Shown here: piece by piece, positions 24,975-39,245 of the stretch
Layout of the letters: the number at the start of each line of letters is the position of its first letter
Numbering within the stretch: the stretch's first letter is position 1
Origin: Squalus acanthias
Taxonomy: Eukaryota
Length of the DNA stretch: 64,000 nt
Direction of reading: 5' to 3'
Assembly (NCBI GenBank): GCA_030390025.1
Contig: CM059432.1
Span: 60,700,001-60,764,000 of the forward strand
The notes under the pieces: generated by a model
The model's database searches: none
What the model was told of the DNA's origin: nothing
Seen by the model: the letters and a program-made list of their open reading frames with translations, nothing else
Made by a program: the position numbers and the translations under genes

Positions 24975-26160
24975 TCTAATAAATACTTCACATTGATCTT
25001 TACTAAAGAGAAGGATATTGGAGAGGATTAAGAGTGAGAGTAGTGATATTATGATGGATAAAAGTAAAATTATGGATACTTTTAGGCTAACGGAAGACAT
25101 AACACCAGGGCCCCATGAGATGCATCCTCAGTTCCTGAGGAAGGTGAGGGAGGAAATTGCCAAGGCCCGAGAAATTATATTTCAGGGCTCTATTGAATGT
25201 GGATGTGTGGAGGACTGGAAAGCAGCCAATTCAATATTTTTAAAAATTCGTTTATGGGATGTGGGCTTCGCTGGCAAGGCCAGCATTTATTGCCCATCCC
25301 TAATTGCCCTTGAGTAGGTGGTGGTGAGCCGCCTTCTTGAACCGCTGCAGTCCGTGTGGTGAAGGTACTCCCACAGTGCTGTTAGGTAGGGAGTTCCAGG
25401 TTTTTGACCCAGCGACGATGAAGGATCGGCGATATACTTCTAAGTCAGGATGGTGTGTGACTTGGAGGGGAACTTGGAGGTGATGGTGTTCCCATGCGCC
25501 TGCTGCTGTTGTCCTTCTAGGTGGAAGAGGTTGCGGGTTTAGGAGGTGCTGAGAAGTGCTAGCAAGTTGCTGCAGTGCATCTTGTAGATGGTACACACTG
25601 CAACCACGGTACGCCGGTGGTGGAAGGAGTGAATGTTTAAGGTGGTGGATGGGGTGCCAATCAAGCGGGCTGCTTTTTCCTGGATGCTGTCGAGCTTCTT
25701 GAGTGTTGTTGGAGCTGCACTCATCCAGGCAAGTGGAGAGTATTCCATCACACTCATTACTTGCGCCTTGTAGATGGTGGAAAGGCTTTGGGGAGTCACT
25801 TTTAAAAAGAGAGGAAGTGCTAATGTGGGGAATTACAGACAAGTTAGCTTAACATCTGTGGTAGGGAAAATTTTGGAATCTTTAATTTAGCATGAAATTA
25901 CCATATATCTAGATAAAGAGAAAATCATTAGAAGTAGCCGGCATAGATTTCAAAGGGGACGATTTCCTGGGACTTTTACGGCGTCTAACGAATGCAATGG
26001 CATTGATTCGCCATTGGATAGTTAAATAAAAGAATAGGAGATAGAGGATATGAGAACAAGATGGGCAAATGTGATTAGGACTATTTGCTTGTGTGGAGGG
26101 CGACAACCTACCTGCACTGGTAGAACAGTCCATTTGATTCAATGTTGTAATTTCTATGTA
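24975..26160 (+). mobile_element. Old degraded CR1, interrupted by a different LINE at 25235-25800
   Basis: TPGPHEMHPQFLRKVREEIA...EDWKAAN, resuming at about 25800 with GNYRQVSLTSVVGK. Confidence 0.7.
25235..25800 (-). mobile_element. 3' end of a second non-LTR family (CR1/L2 group)
   Basis: TPQSLSTIYKAQVMSVMEYSPLAW...HSFHHRRTVVAVCTIYKMH; same family as 44225-45530. Confidence 0.85.
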
Positions 26161-26212
26161 TCCTTGGATGCTGACCTCAGAACCGCCACATAATAGTGTT
26201 GCCCTTCAAATA

Positions 26213-29200
26213 TCATAGAATCATAGAAATTTACGGCACAGAAGGAGGCCATTCAGTCCGTCGTGTCTGCGCTGGTCGAAAAAGAGCTATCAAGCCTAAT
26301 CCCACTTTCCAGCTCTTGGTCCGTCGCCTTGTAGGTTACGGCACTTCAAGTGCACATCCAAGTACTTTCTAACTGTGATGAGGGTTTCTCTCCCACCCTT
26401 TCAGGCAGTGATTTCCAGACCCCCACCGCCCTCTGGCTGAAAACATTTCTCCTCAATTCCCCTCTAATCCTTATACCAATTACTTTTAATCTATGCTCCC
26501 AGTTATTGACCTCTCTGCTAAGGGAAATAGGTGCTTCCTATCCACTCTATCTAGGCCCTCATAATTGTATACACCTCAATTAAGTCTCCCCTCAGCCTCC
26601 TCTGTTCCAAAGAAAACAACCACAGCCTATCCAATCTTTCCTCATAGCTAAAATTCTCCAGTCCTGGCAACATCCTCATAAATCGCCTCTGTACTCTCAC
26701 TAGTACAATCACATCTTTCCTGTAATGTGGTGACCGGAACTGCAGTACTCTAGCTATGGCCCAATTAGTGTTTTATACAGTTCTAGCATAACCTCTCTGC
26801 TCTTGTATTCCATGCCTTGGCTAATAAAGGCAAGTATCCCATATGCCTTCTTAACCACATTATCTACCTGTCCTACTACCTTCAGGGAACTGTGGACATG
26901 CACTCCAAGGTCCCTCTGTTCCTCTACATTTCTCAGTATCCAACCATTTATTGTGTATTCCCTTGCCTTGTTAGCCCTCCCCAAATGCATTACCTCACAC
27001 TTCTCTGGATTGAATTCCATTTTCTGCACACCTGACCAGTCCATTGATATCTTCCTGCAGTCTACAGCTTTCTTCCTCACTATCAACCACACGGCCAATT
27101 TTTGTATCATCTGCAAACGTCTTAATCATGCCCCTACATTGACGTCTAAATCATTGATATATACCACAAAAAGCAAGGGACCCAGTACTGAGCCCTGCGG
27201 AACCCCACTGGAAACAGCCTTCCAGTCACAAAAACACCAGTCGACCATTACCCTTTGCTTCCTGCCACTGAGTCAATTTTGGATCCAACTTGCCACTTTC
27301 TCTTGGATCCCATGAGCTTTCACTTTTTTGACCAACCTGCCATGTGGGACCTTGTCAAAGGCCTTGCTAAAATCCATGTAGACTACATCAAATACACTAC
27401 CCTCATCGACCCTCCTTGTTACCTCCTCAAAAAATTAAATTGTTAGTCAGACACAACCTTCCCTTAACAAATCCAAGTGACTGTCCTTAATTAACCCATG
27501 ACTTTCTAAATAATGATTTATACTGGCCCTCATAATTTTTTCCAATAAATTTCCCCACCACTGAGGTTAGGCTGACTGGCCTGTAATTACTCAGTCTATC
27601 CGTTTCTCCCTTTTTAAACAATGGCACAATGTTAGCAGAACTCCAGTCCTCTGGCATCACGCCTGTAGCCAGAGAGGATTGGAAAATGATGGTCAGAGCC
27701 TCCGCTATTTCCTCCCTTGCCTCTCTTAATAGCCTGGGATACATGTCATCCGGGCCTGACGATTTATCTACTTTCAAAGATGCTAAACCTCTTAATACTT
27801 CCTCTCTCTCTATGTTTATCCCATCTAATATTTCACACTCCTCCTCCTTAACTACATCGTCCCTCTCTACTGTGAAGACAGACGCAAAGTATTCATTAAG
27901 AATCATACCCACGTCTTCCGCCTCCATACATAGGTTAACTTTTTGGTCTCTACTAGGCCCTACTCTTTCCTTAGTTATTCTCTTGCTCTTTATGTATTTA
28001 TAAAACATCTTTGGGTTTTCCTTGATTTTACTTGCCAATATTTTTTCATGCTCTCTCTTTGCTTTCCCAATTTCCTTTTTTATTTCACCCCTGCACTTTC
28101 TATTCTCCTCTAGGCTTTCTGTAGTATTAAGCTGTCAGTATCTGACAAAAGCTTCCCTTTTTTTCCTTATCCTACCCAATATGCTCCTTGACATCCAGGA
28201 GACCCTAGATTTGGGAGTCCCACCCATTTTCCTGTGGGAACATATTTACTCTGGACCCTCACTATCTCCTTGAATGCCTCCCACTGCTCTGACACTGATT
28301 TACCCTCAAGTAGCTGTTTCCAGTCCACTTTTTCTAAATCGCATCTCAGCTTAGTAAAATTGGCCTTTCCCCAATCGAGAACTTTTACACCTGGTCTATC
28401 TTCGTCATTTTCCATAACTATGCTAAATCTAACTGAATTATGATCACTACCACCAAAATGCTCTCCCACTGATACCCCTGCCACCTGCCCAGCTGCATTC
28501 CCTAAAACTAAGTCCAGAACTGTCCCCCTCTCTTCTTGGGCTTGTTACATACTGGCTAAAAAAGTTCTCCTAAATGCATTTTAAGAATTCTGCGTCCTCT
28601 ATTCCTTTTACACTAATTCTATCACAGTTAATATTAGGGTAGTTGAAATCCGCTATGATTACTGCCCCATTGTTTTTGCACTTCTCAGAAATTTGCATTC
28701 TTATTTGCTCTTCTACCTCCCTCTGACTGTTTGGGGGTCTATAGTACATCTCAGCATTGTGATTGCCACTTTTTTGTTCTTCAGTTCAACCCATATGGCC
28801 TCATTTGATGATCCTTCGAACACATCATCCCTTCTCACAGCTGTAATTGTTTCCTTAACCAATATTGAGACCACCCCCTCCCTTTTTATCCCCATCTCTA
28901 TCTCGTCTGAAAATCCTGTAACCAGGAATGTTGAGCTGTCATCCTGCCCTTCTTTAAGCCATGTTTCAGTAATAGTTATTATATCATACTTCGACGTGTC
29001 TATCTGTGTCTTCAGCTCATCTGCCTTAGAACATAGAACATAGAACAGTACAACACAGTACAGGCCCTTCGGCCCTCGATGTTGTGCCGAGCATTGTCCG
29101 AAACCAAGATCAAGCTATCCCACTCCCTATCATTCTGGTGTGCTCCATGTGCTTATCCAATAACCGCTTGAAAGTTCCTAAAGTGTCCGACTCCACTATC

Positions 29201-29620
29201 ACAGCAGGCAGTCCATTCCACACCCCAACCACTCTCTGAGTAAAGAATCTACCTCGGACATCCCTTCTATATCTCCCCCCATGCACCTTATAGTTATGCC
29301 CCCTTGTAACAGCTACATCCACCCGAGGAAATAGTCTCTGAACATCCACTCTATCTATCCCCCTCATCATCTTATAAACCTCTATTAAGTCGCCTCTCAT
29401 CCTCCTCCGCTCTAAAGAGAAAAGCCCTAGCTCCCTCAATCTTTCCTCATAAGACCTCCCCCCCAAACCAGGCAGCATCCTGGTAAATCTCCTTTGCACT
29501 CTTTCCAATGCTTCCACGTCCTTCCTATAGTGAGGTGACCAGAACTGCACACAATATTATGTGTGTGTGTGCCTTGTTCATTAGACTCCTTGCATTGAAG
29601 TATATACCATTAAGAACTGC
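26213..29620 (-). mobile_element. Long CR1 LINE (APE to 3' end) with a nested younger CR1
   Basis: ORFs 28167 (SDHNSVRF), 27487 (DKSSGPDDMYPRLL, NYRPVSLTS) and 26754; tail (tcatagaa)n at 26213. Confidence 0.92.
29028..29569 (-). mobile_element. Young CR1 3' fragment nested in CR1
   Basis: 6-bp TSD tgcctt at 29022-29027 and 29570-29575; ORF 29110 is open to the ORF2 stop; tail (agaacat)n. Confidence 0.88.
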
Positions 29621-29647
29621 CAAACTGCTTCATTGTCTATTTTCTAG

Positions 29648-29785
29648 TCAGCTGTGGCTCAGTTGGTAGCGCACTCACCTCTGAGTCAGAAGGTTGTGGA
29701 TTCAAGTCCCACTCCAGGGACTTGAGCACATAAAGCTGGGCTGACACTCCAGTGCAGTGCTATGGGAGTACTGCACTGTCAGAGT
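29648..29785 (+). mobile_element. SacSINE1-like 5' fragment (tRNA head)
   Basis: A and B boxes as at 7139. Confidence 0.8.
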
Positions 29786-30809
29786 TTTAAGGTTCTTCAT
29801 ACAAGTAATTCCTGTTATAAGAGATGCCAACACATACTGTCAGATCCTATGTTAGTGCATTCCTTTAAGCAGAGTGCATTGTGAAAGATTAGTTGTGCAA
29901 CTCTTAATTTTAGAGGGTGAAGACTACTAGTGCCCAAAGTGCTCAAGGAAGAAAAGGGAATATGGCTGGTATTTTAGCTTTGCCTGCCCTCGTCAGGTCA
30001 TTGACACTGGTCTGAATTTCTGGGGGTGAGGGGATTGGCATTCATTTTCAGTGCCACCTTTCCTCACATGGCACAAGACTTATTTTGTTTATTGCAGTTT
30101 CTTTCCATTGAGACCCAGAAGTCTCTTTCTGCTTTGCTGAATCTACTCGAGGAGGGTTTAGAGGGCCATCCCATTGCAATTTTACACTCTTTTGTACCTC
30201 TTTGCAATGGCCATCTCCTGCATACCCTCTAGTGGAAGACACTCTTTAAAAGTGGTACAAAAATCTCATATGAACCATCCAATTGCAGCTACTTGGCACT
30301 CAACTCAGTGAGCCAAACATTTTCCTAGTTACTTGCTGCTCCCCTAGCCTAATGCTGCAATCTTCAACCAGACTTGGCTTTTTAAAGGATGCAATCTCAA
30401 TTCCAAGCACTATCAGCATAGTATTCCCATTTTACACAGGATTTGTAGAGAGCTACCAATTGATATTTAAATGAGCTGACCACTCAAATTATGGCAGATT
30501 CAGCTCTGCAGGGCATCAGCAGGTGCAAGTTATAACTTATTGGTACAAATCCAGCACGATTGGACTGTATCTCTAAGGCGTATCCTCTTATCCTTCAAAT
30601 TACTGCCTATTAGTCACACACAAGTACTTTCTAGGGTTAGGAAACCTGCTGTTAATTCAAATAACTATCTGTCTGTAGCACTAGTGATCTTGTTGCTTAG
30701 GTACCTACCTCGAGAAGTCTGCTCTTGAAGGCTTTGATGAATTGTCTGTCATTGCCCATGACATCTCCAGAGCCTTTGATAAATCTGGCACTGTGCATTT
30801 TAAACAAGT

Positions 30810-31515
30810 TGTCCTTGTACACAAATCACTGAAAGTTAACATACAGGTACAGCAAGCAATTAGGAAAGCAAATGGTATGTTAGCCTTTATTACAAAAGGA
30901 TTGGAGTATAAGAATAAAGAAGTCTTACTACAATTATATAGGGCCTTGGTGAGACCACACCTGGAGTACTGTGTACAGTTTTGGTCTCCTTACCTAAGGA
31001 AGGATATACTTGCCTTAGAGGGAGTGCAACGAAGGTTCACCAGACTGATTCCTGGAATGGGGGGATTGTCTTGTGAGGAGAGATTGAGGAGACTAGGCTT
31101 AGATTCCCTAGAGTTTAGAAGAATGAGAGGTGATCTCATTGAAACATATAAAAATTCTTAAAGGGCTTAACGGTAGATGCTGGGAGGATGTTTCCCCTGG
31201 CTGGGGAGTCTAGAACTAGGGTTCACAGTCTCAGAATAAGGGGTTGGCCAATTAGGACTGAGATGAGGATAAATTTCTTCACTCAACATGTTGTGAATCT
31301 TTGGAATTGTCTACCCCAGAGGGCTGTGGATGCTCAGTCGTTGAGTATACTCAAGGCAGAGATCGATAGATTTTTGGATACTAATCGAATCAAGGGATAT
31401 GGGGATAGTGCGGGAAGGTGGAGTTGAGGTAGAAGATCAGTCATGATCTTATTGATGGCGGAGCAGGCTCAAAGGCCCGAATGGCCTACTCCTGCTCCTA
31501 TTTTTTATGTTCTTA
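30810..31515 (+). mobile_element. CR1 3' fragment
   Basis: [24 protein letters not shown] and the CR1 tail. Confidence 0.9.
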
Positions 31516-31924
31516 AGTTACCATTATATGGCATTCCACCAAAGCTATTTTCATGGTTACTTAGCTTCCTCTCAAATCACTATCTGTTCTGTAGTTGATG
31601 GCTCATCCTCTGATTCTTTTTCTATTAACTTGGTGATTGCCAGGGGCTACGTTCTCCTGCCTATTTTGTTCTGTCTTCATATCAATAACCTTTCCACTCA
31701 TCATGAAAACCTATCCTTTTTTTTGCTGATTGTACTCATCAACTTCCTTGAAATTGCATGCCCCCAGCAAATACAACTGCCAATTCTTTTGCAGTGCAAT
31801 GGATGACTCATTCCGTTTTGCTGTCCTTTGTGCTGATAATGAAACTGTTGCTTTGTTTTAAATCAAGTCTTATCAACAGCTACCACTTATTACTTTTTAT
31901 ACCATCCTTAGTCCTTCTTCATCT

Positions 31925-34385
31925 TCCCCAATATTAACTGGGATAGTCAGAGTGTGAAAGGCTTAGAAGGTGTGGAATTCTTAAAGTGCATCCAGGAGAG
32001 CTTTTTGAGCCAGCATTTAGAAAGTCCTACAAGAGAGGGGGCGGTACTGGACCTAATTCTAGGGAATGTAGCCGGGCAAGTGGTAGAAGTGTCAGTAGGA
32101 GAGCAATTTGGTGACAGTGACCATCATTCGGTGAGATTTAAGGTAGTCATGGAAAACGACAAAGATGGACCGGAAATAAAGGTTCTAAATTGGGGGAAGG
32201 CCGATTTTAATATGATAAGGCATGATCAGGCCAAAGTGGACTGGGATCAGCTACTTGTAGGAAAATCCACATCAGAGCAGTGGGAGTCTTTCAGAAAGGA
32301 AATAGAGAGAGTACAACGGCAACATGTTCCCGTAAAGGTCAAGGGTGGGACCAACAAGCCCAGGGAACCCTGGATGTCAAGGGATATACGAGAATGGATT
32401 AGGAAAAAAAGGGAGGCTTTTGGCAGATACAAAGGACTAAAAACAGTGGAAGCCCTAGAGGAGTATAGAAAGTGCAGGGAGGTACTTAAAAAAGAAATCA
32501 GGAGAGCGAAGAGGGGGCATGAAATAACACTGGCAGGCAAAATAAAGGAAAATCCCAAGGTGTTTTATAAGTATATTAAGGGCAAGAGGATAACCAGGGA
32601 AAGAGTAGGGCCCATTAGGGACCTAAGTGGCAATCTGTGTGTAGAGCCAGAAGATGTAGGTGGGGTTTTAAATTAATATTTTGCATCTGTGTTCACTATG
32701 GAGAAGGACGATGTAGGCATAGAAATCAGACAGGGGGATTGTGATATACTTGAACAAATTAGTATTGAGAGGGAGGAGGTACTAGTGGTTTTAGCGGGCT
32801 TAAAAGTGGATAAATCCCCAGGCCCAGACGAGATGTATCCCAGGCTGCTGTGTGAGGCAAGGGAGGAGATTGCAGGGGCTCTGACACAAATTTTCAGAAC
32901 ATCTCTGGCCACAGGGGAGGTGCCAGAGGACTGGAGAACAGCTAACGTAGTACCATTATTCAAGAAGGGTAGTAGGGATAAACCAGGGAATTACAGGCCA
33001 GTGAGCCTAACATCAGTGGTAGGGAAATTATTGGAAAAAATTCTGAGGGACAGAATTAGTCTCCACTTGGAGAGGCAAGGATTAATCAAGGATAGTCAGC
33101 ATGGCTTTGTCAGGGGGAGATCATGTCTGACCAATCTGATTGAATTTTTCGAGGGGGTGACTAGGTGTGTGGATGAGGGTAGTGCAGTTGATGTGGTCTA
33201 CATGGACTTCAGTAAGGCTTTTGACAAAGTCCCGCATGGGAGACTGGTCAAGAAGGTAAGAGCCCATGGGATCCAGGGCAACTTGGCACATTGGATCCAA
33301 AATTGGCTTAGTGGCAGGAGGCAGAGGGTGATGGTCGAAGGTTGTTTTTGTGACTGGAAGCCTGTGTCCAGTGGTGTACCGCAGGGATCGGTGCTGGGTC
33401 CTTTGCTGTTTGTAGTGTACATTAATGATTTAGATATGAATGTAGGAGGTATGATCAGTAAGTTCGCAGATGACACGAAAATTGGTGGGGTGGTAAATAG
33501 CGAGGAGGGAAGCCTCAGGCTACAGGACGATATAGACGGGATGGTCAGATGGGCAGAACAGTGGCAAATGGAATTTACCTGAAAAGTGTGAGGTGATGCA
33601 TTTTGGGAGGACTAACAAGGCAAGGGAATACACAATGAATGGTAGGACCCTAGGAAGGACAGAGGATCAGAGGGATCTTGGTGTGCATGTACATAGATCC
33701 CTGAAGGCAGCAGGACAGGTAGATAAGGTGGTTAAAAAGGCATATGGGATACTTGCCTTCATTAGCTGAGGCATAGAATATAAGAGCAGGGAGGTTATGA
33801 TGGAGCTGTACAAAACGCTAGTTAGGCCACAGCTGGAATACTGTGTGCAGTTCTGGTCGCCACACTATAGGAAGGATGTGATTGCATTGGAGAGGGTGCA
33901 GAGGAGATTCACCAGGATGTTACCTGGGCTGGAGCGCTTCAGCTATGAAGAGAGACTGGACAGGCTGGGGTTGTTTTCCTTAGAGCAGAGAAGGCTGAGG
34001 GGGGACTTGATTGAGGTGTACAAAATTATGAGGGGCATAGATAGGGTAGATAGAAAGGAACTTTTCCCCTTAGTAGAGGGGTGAATAACAAGGGGGCATA
34101 GTTTCAGGGTGAGGGGCAGGAGGTTTAGAGGGGATTTGAGGAAAAACTTTTTCACCCAGAGGGTGGTTGGAATCTGGAACTCACTGCCTGAAAGGGTGGT
34201 AGAGGCAGGAACCCTCACAACATTCAAGAAGCATTTAGATGAGCACTTGAAACGCCATAGCATACAAGGCTATGGACCAAGTGCTGGAAAATGGGATTAG
34301 AATAGACAGGGCTTGATGGCCGGCGTGGACACGATGGGCTGAAGGGCCTCTTTCTGTGCTGTATAACTCTATGACTCTATGACTA
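31925..34385 (+). mobile_element. Long CR1 LINE ORF2 and 3'UTR
   Basis: ORFs 31954, 32689 (297 aa with [24 protein letters not shown]) and 33797; tail (ctctatga)n. Confidence 0.93.
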
Positions 34386-35950
34386 TCTATTGACTTTCTT
34401 GCCTTCGCTATCCCCACTGAACTTCCACATCTCCCACATCAAAAACTGCCTGCAAAACATTAATTTTCCTCTCGTGCCAAACAGTCCTTTTGCCTTCAAC
34501 TGCCCTCAACTCTCTACAAAGCTCAAGTCTTGAACACCCTTGGACAAGATACAAGAACAATTTTGTTACCTAACGGGCAATCCTGTGACTGTAAAACCGT
34601 GTAACTAAACCACTTTTGCCAGGAACCTATTCCAGCTTCTGATCAAGCTCTGTGTAAAAAAAAAAGTCCTTCCATCTGTCCCAAGTTTGCCTTTCACAAC
34701 CCTATACCTATGCACTCTTATCCTTCTGCCTTGATGTATTTCAAACTATTGTTTCAGGTTTACGTTCTCTATTCCATTAAGCATCTTATATCCCTTAGCG
34801 GCCTCTTTTCAAAGTTGGAGGGCCCTAGCTTATCGAATTATTCCTCAAAGCTATTCCCTTCAACACTGGGGATCAGTCTTATTGCTCTCCTCTCCGCTGC
34901 CTTTTGGGCCTGGCTGATTTTTCTATTTTTAGAAGGAGACGGCCATTTGACACAGGAGGGGGCCAGGGACTCTCAATGTTGGGGATCCAACATTTTTGGC
35001 CCTCAGAGGGACCTGGCGTATGATCAGCAGCAGTACACCTGATGAGACTATATGAACTTGGCAGTCAAAAGGCAGAAGTGAGATCCACCTGGAAGCTCAG
35101 ACCAGGATCAAGGCCTGGATCTCTGAAAATTGAAGGACTGATTTTTTTTTAAATTATTTATTTTACTGTGGATCCTTTACAAAAGGGGTTACTGGGGGCA
35201 CCACAAAGTTTTTTTTCCAGGGGACCAACATGTTGTAACGGACTTTCTCGCCTGTGGGGCAAGGTGGGTGCCCAGGATGCGCCCCTAATGGCATAGGCGC
35301 CTGCTGGACCCATTCAAATGAGGTGACCTCTCACTGCCCGCAAACTCTGGCAGGGTCAGTGTCAGAGGTGACCAGTGGGTGCAATCCTGGCATAATTGCT
35401 GGGTCTAGACGCAGGATGTTGTGAGGGGCTCAGTTGAGGCTAGGCTTTGAGCTCAGCCATTTCTTCCTCTTGGGCACCTGAATGAGCTGAGAAAGAGCAC
35501 ATTTAACAATTTTAGCCATGATACCCCTGAAACAGCTCTCGATGGCAAGACATTGTAGTGGGTTATGCTGCAGTGTACGCTTCTGTATAAAGGAGCAAAT
35601 GAATGAGTGAATAAGACAATAAAGAATGAAAATCAAAGGATGATATTAGGCATAAATTAAGGAGTCTCTTACCTTATCTCCCACACTCCCTTTGTTAACC
35701 TCATGCTCAGAATTTCCAGGGCCATTCCCTCGTAAGGAGATAATGGTCAGAACATTAAGTAACACACCCCCTCCTGTCTGCATGTGTTATGCTGGTTATC
35801 TGCAGACTTTCTTGCAAAGAGATAAAAAAAGGGACATATGTTGAAATAAAGAATGAGAGATGTGTGTCACCCAAATACCCAGACCAGCAACCATCTTATG
35901 TGAATGTGTCAACATACAGCATGCCGATACTATGTGTGGGCAGCATAGTT

Positions 35951-36674
35951 GGGCCAAGAGTTTCTGCTTTGGGCACAATCGGCAGTCCGGGCACAAAGTG
36001 CACTCAAAATTGCACTAGTTTTGAGAAGCGTTTCTGCTCAAACTCATTTGCATATCACCGAACGTAAAATCAGGCCAATCAGGCAATGTTTTAGAACATA
36101 ATTTAAAAAAAATTTATTTGCATCAAAAAATATTCCTTGATATATTTAAGAGTGGTAACTAGGTGCAGCTTTATTAATACAGCTGAAAATGGGTTTATCA
36201 CAAAAAACATGCATTTTTAATCAGTGTGTCTGGTCCACCACCTGTGAGTAACCTGATTTTAAATAATTGAAAATGACTTAAAAAAAAATTATACAGAACC
36301 ATTTGCTACTTATATTGGTGTACAGTAGTCAGTTTCTTGGTAAATAAAAAATATTAAAACTTTTAAAACGCACCTATCGGTGTCCTTGCGCCTAAAAAAA
36401 AAGCTTAATTTTAAGACCCTCCTCGAAGGCCCGCCATCGGGCGCAATTAACAGTAACTCGTAATGGTGATTAATTCGATCTCAGGGCATGGCCAGTTTTG
36501 TGGGCGGGGACGGCCACTAGCGCAATGTTCTTTAAACTAGCACAAAGGATTGCAGAAACTCGATTTGCGCTGGACATATTTGCACTTAAAATTCTGCCAT
36601 CTTTTGCGCTGGTTTGCCGATTTGGGGCGAATTGCGCTGAAAAAAACAGCGCAACCTCCTGGAAACTCCTGCCC
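35951..36674. mobile_element. Probable Harbinger-type MITE
   Basis: Imperfect termini gggccaagagtttc / gaaactcctgccc, GC-rich ends and AT-rich core; no clear TSD. Confidence 0.45.
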
Positions 36675-37039
36675 CTGGTATTTATTGTTTGCCACATTTT
36701 ATGGCCACACAGGGCAAACACACAGTGATTGGTAGCAATGATGAAACATAGACATGTTTATGCATTTGTAAATTAGATCAACAGTTGCCAGAGTGCTGTG
36801 CATTCTCCTTGTGATGCTGCAAAATGCATACACTGAAGTGCTATTAAAATACCTTTTCAGGCAACATGGTTAAAATATGCAAAGTATGAATGTACTTACC
36901 TTGGAATCCTTGCATAGCCCAGCAAGTTTCTTCCTCGATAGCTTCCTGGTTCAGTGCACATATAGGACAGCATCACTTTATTCAGCAACCTCCATCCAGG
37001 CTGCTCTGGCAGTACTCTTGACTGGAGAGTACCGTTCAC

Positions 37040-37185
37040 TCAGGGGAATCCAGGGATATGGGAATCGGGTGGGAAAGTGGAGTTGAGATCGAAGATCAGC
37101 CATGATCTTATTGAATGGCGGAGCAGGCTCGAAGGGCCAAATGGCCTACTCCTGCTCCTAATTCTTGCATTCCTCATGTTCTTAT
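37040..37185 (+). mobile_element. CR1 3'-terminal fragment
   Basis: RGIQGYG...GKWS followed by the gatcagccatgatcttattgaatggcggagc tail. Confidence 0.85.
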
Positions 37186-39126
37186 GCTCCAAAAGGATCC
37201 ACCCTTCTCTGTAGCACCCCCTGCAGTAACAGCTCAAAAGCATGGTGCAGTTCTGCCTCAGTGCCTTGCTTCTGCCATTTTGTAACTTTAGAGACATTTC
37301 CCCTTTAAGCGTGGCCAGCAGCATTTTAATAGTAATTAGCACTGGAGAATGTGCCTCTGATCCCTGCATGCTCCCTGTGTGCCAATAGCACTATGTTTTT
37401 ATTATAATACCCTGACCTCACATTATATTGCAAGGTTAGTTCATAGGCATACGCAATGCCCGAGGAGCAACATTCCACCACCACTGGATCGGAACCACAC
37501 TTTCAGCCCCAATATAACAATTACTGAAGTTTAAACGATAACCAAATATATTGATACATATGAGACAAACCAATAATGGGCTCAAATATCCTCAGCCCTG
37601 ATGTGTCATCTTAAATACTGCTGACCTCCACTCCACACCTGCTGGAGTATTTGGGGTCGGGGCGGGGTCATCCGTTTAAAATATTTTCAGCAAGTACTCT
37701 GCCATTATTAGTGTATCTTGGGTGCCCACCAAGGAGGTGAGGAGGATAGGGTGCTGGATGGCCACATGAGAATGCCACTCCTAGGCTTTCCCCAATAGAT
37801 ACAGCAATACTGCTGATTGGTTCCTTTTGTAAGGTATTAAAAAATTGATATAGTTAGTTCCTGCATCTTCTGGGGCAATGCACCTGATCTGGAGACCATG
37901 GTGGGATTCAGTTCTGCCCCTACAAGGGCTTTAATGCTAGTTTCTTTCTGGTGTCCAGATCACTGCCTGCAAAGAAGGAGGAAGCTGTGGGAAAAATGCA
38001 GCAGGGGAAGCCCTTCTGTGACCTCATCGCTTTGTTGCATCATAGTCATCATCGAGAGGGGATGGGACATCCGGCCACTCTTAGACGCAGCACAAACTAC
38101 TTATGGCTCCACTTCTGGGCAGAGACCTGATATTCTAGGTCCTGCCTGCATTTCCACCCATGTCAGGTCTCTCGCACCTGCTTCCCCAAGCCCACCATTA
38201 TACCTCAAGCACACAAGGATAGTCAAGGACATAATTTTTATGCAACTGTAGCAAATGGTCAAATTACTGTTTTAAGATTTATATTTTTACCAACTTTTCT
38301 CTTTATTGGGCTTCCCCCATTCACACTGCTACCAGTAATTGCTGCATAACTCCTTCAGCTAGAAGCACAGAAGGCCCAACCTGCAATTTCTCCACAATTG
38401 CTTAAGTGTTGTCCATGATATTTACTTCGGGAAAACCTGCCGACAGTAGTTCAAAATAAAAATCCTTTTAAAATCGAGGCACGCTTCCGGAGAGCGGATT
38501 GGTCGCCCGCCCCCCGACCTGCATCCATTAAAACCAAATGTGGGCAAGTTGGGGTCGGGTTTGAAATTTTTAATATGTTTACTTTCCACCCGACCCATTC
38601 TTGGGGGTTAAAACTACCCTCAATGTGTGCAGTTCTGAAGCACAAGCTATCCTGCCAGCATTCACAGTTTTAACGTTTAGATTTTTATCATCCTTTTTCT
38701 TTATTGGCCTCCACCCTCCCCCACCCAGTGTGTCTCAGAGATCCATTGCCACACAGTCCTCTAACTAACTGCTTGCTGGAGAGCCATTGAAATTACCAAA
38801 TTAGCTATGTTCAGCAATGCGTGTTAAATTATACTTTAATATGCTGCCAAGCAGCATTTTATGGCTCAGTAAGAAGCCGTGGTGTGTGCAGAGCATGGCA
38901 AGGTGCCAACCAGCACGTCCTTTTCATGCAAGTGAATATGACAGATAAAACTGTCCTGGAGGTATTCGGAATCCTGTACTTTCTATACTTTAGCTGATGC
39001 TTTCAGACCTGTAGCCATTCACTAAAATATATTTCAGGTTAATAATGTAGGCAGGAGTGCTGCTCTTGATTACAATGGAAAACCAGCTCTCTAAAATTAT
39101 CTGGTTCAACTGTAAGCTGTACACCT

Positions 39127-39245
39127 CATAGTCATAGAGTCATAACGGCACAGAAGGAGGCCATTTGGCCCATCGAGTCCATGCCGGCTCTCTGTAGAGC
39201 AATCCAGTCATTCCCATTCCCCCGCTCTATCCCCGTAGCCCTGCC
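39127..39245 (-). mobile_element. CR1 3'UTR fragment
   Basis: gtcatagagtcata...gaaggaggccatttggccc tail in reverse orientation. Confidence 0.75.

Noticed and set aside
26803..28443. Long plus-strand ORFs (170, 124, 83 aa)
   Set aside because: Antisense shadows of the minus-strand CR1 ORF2.
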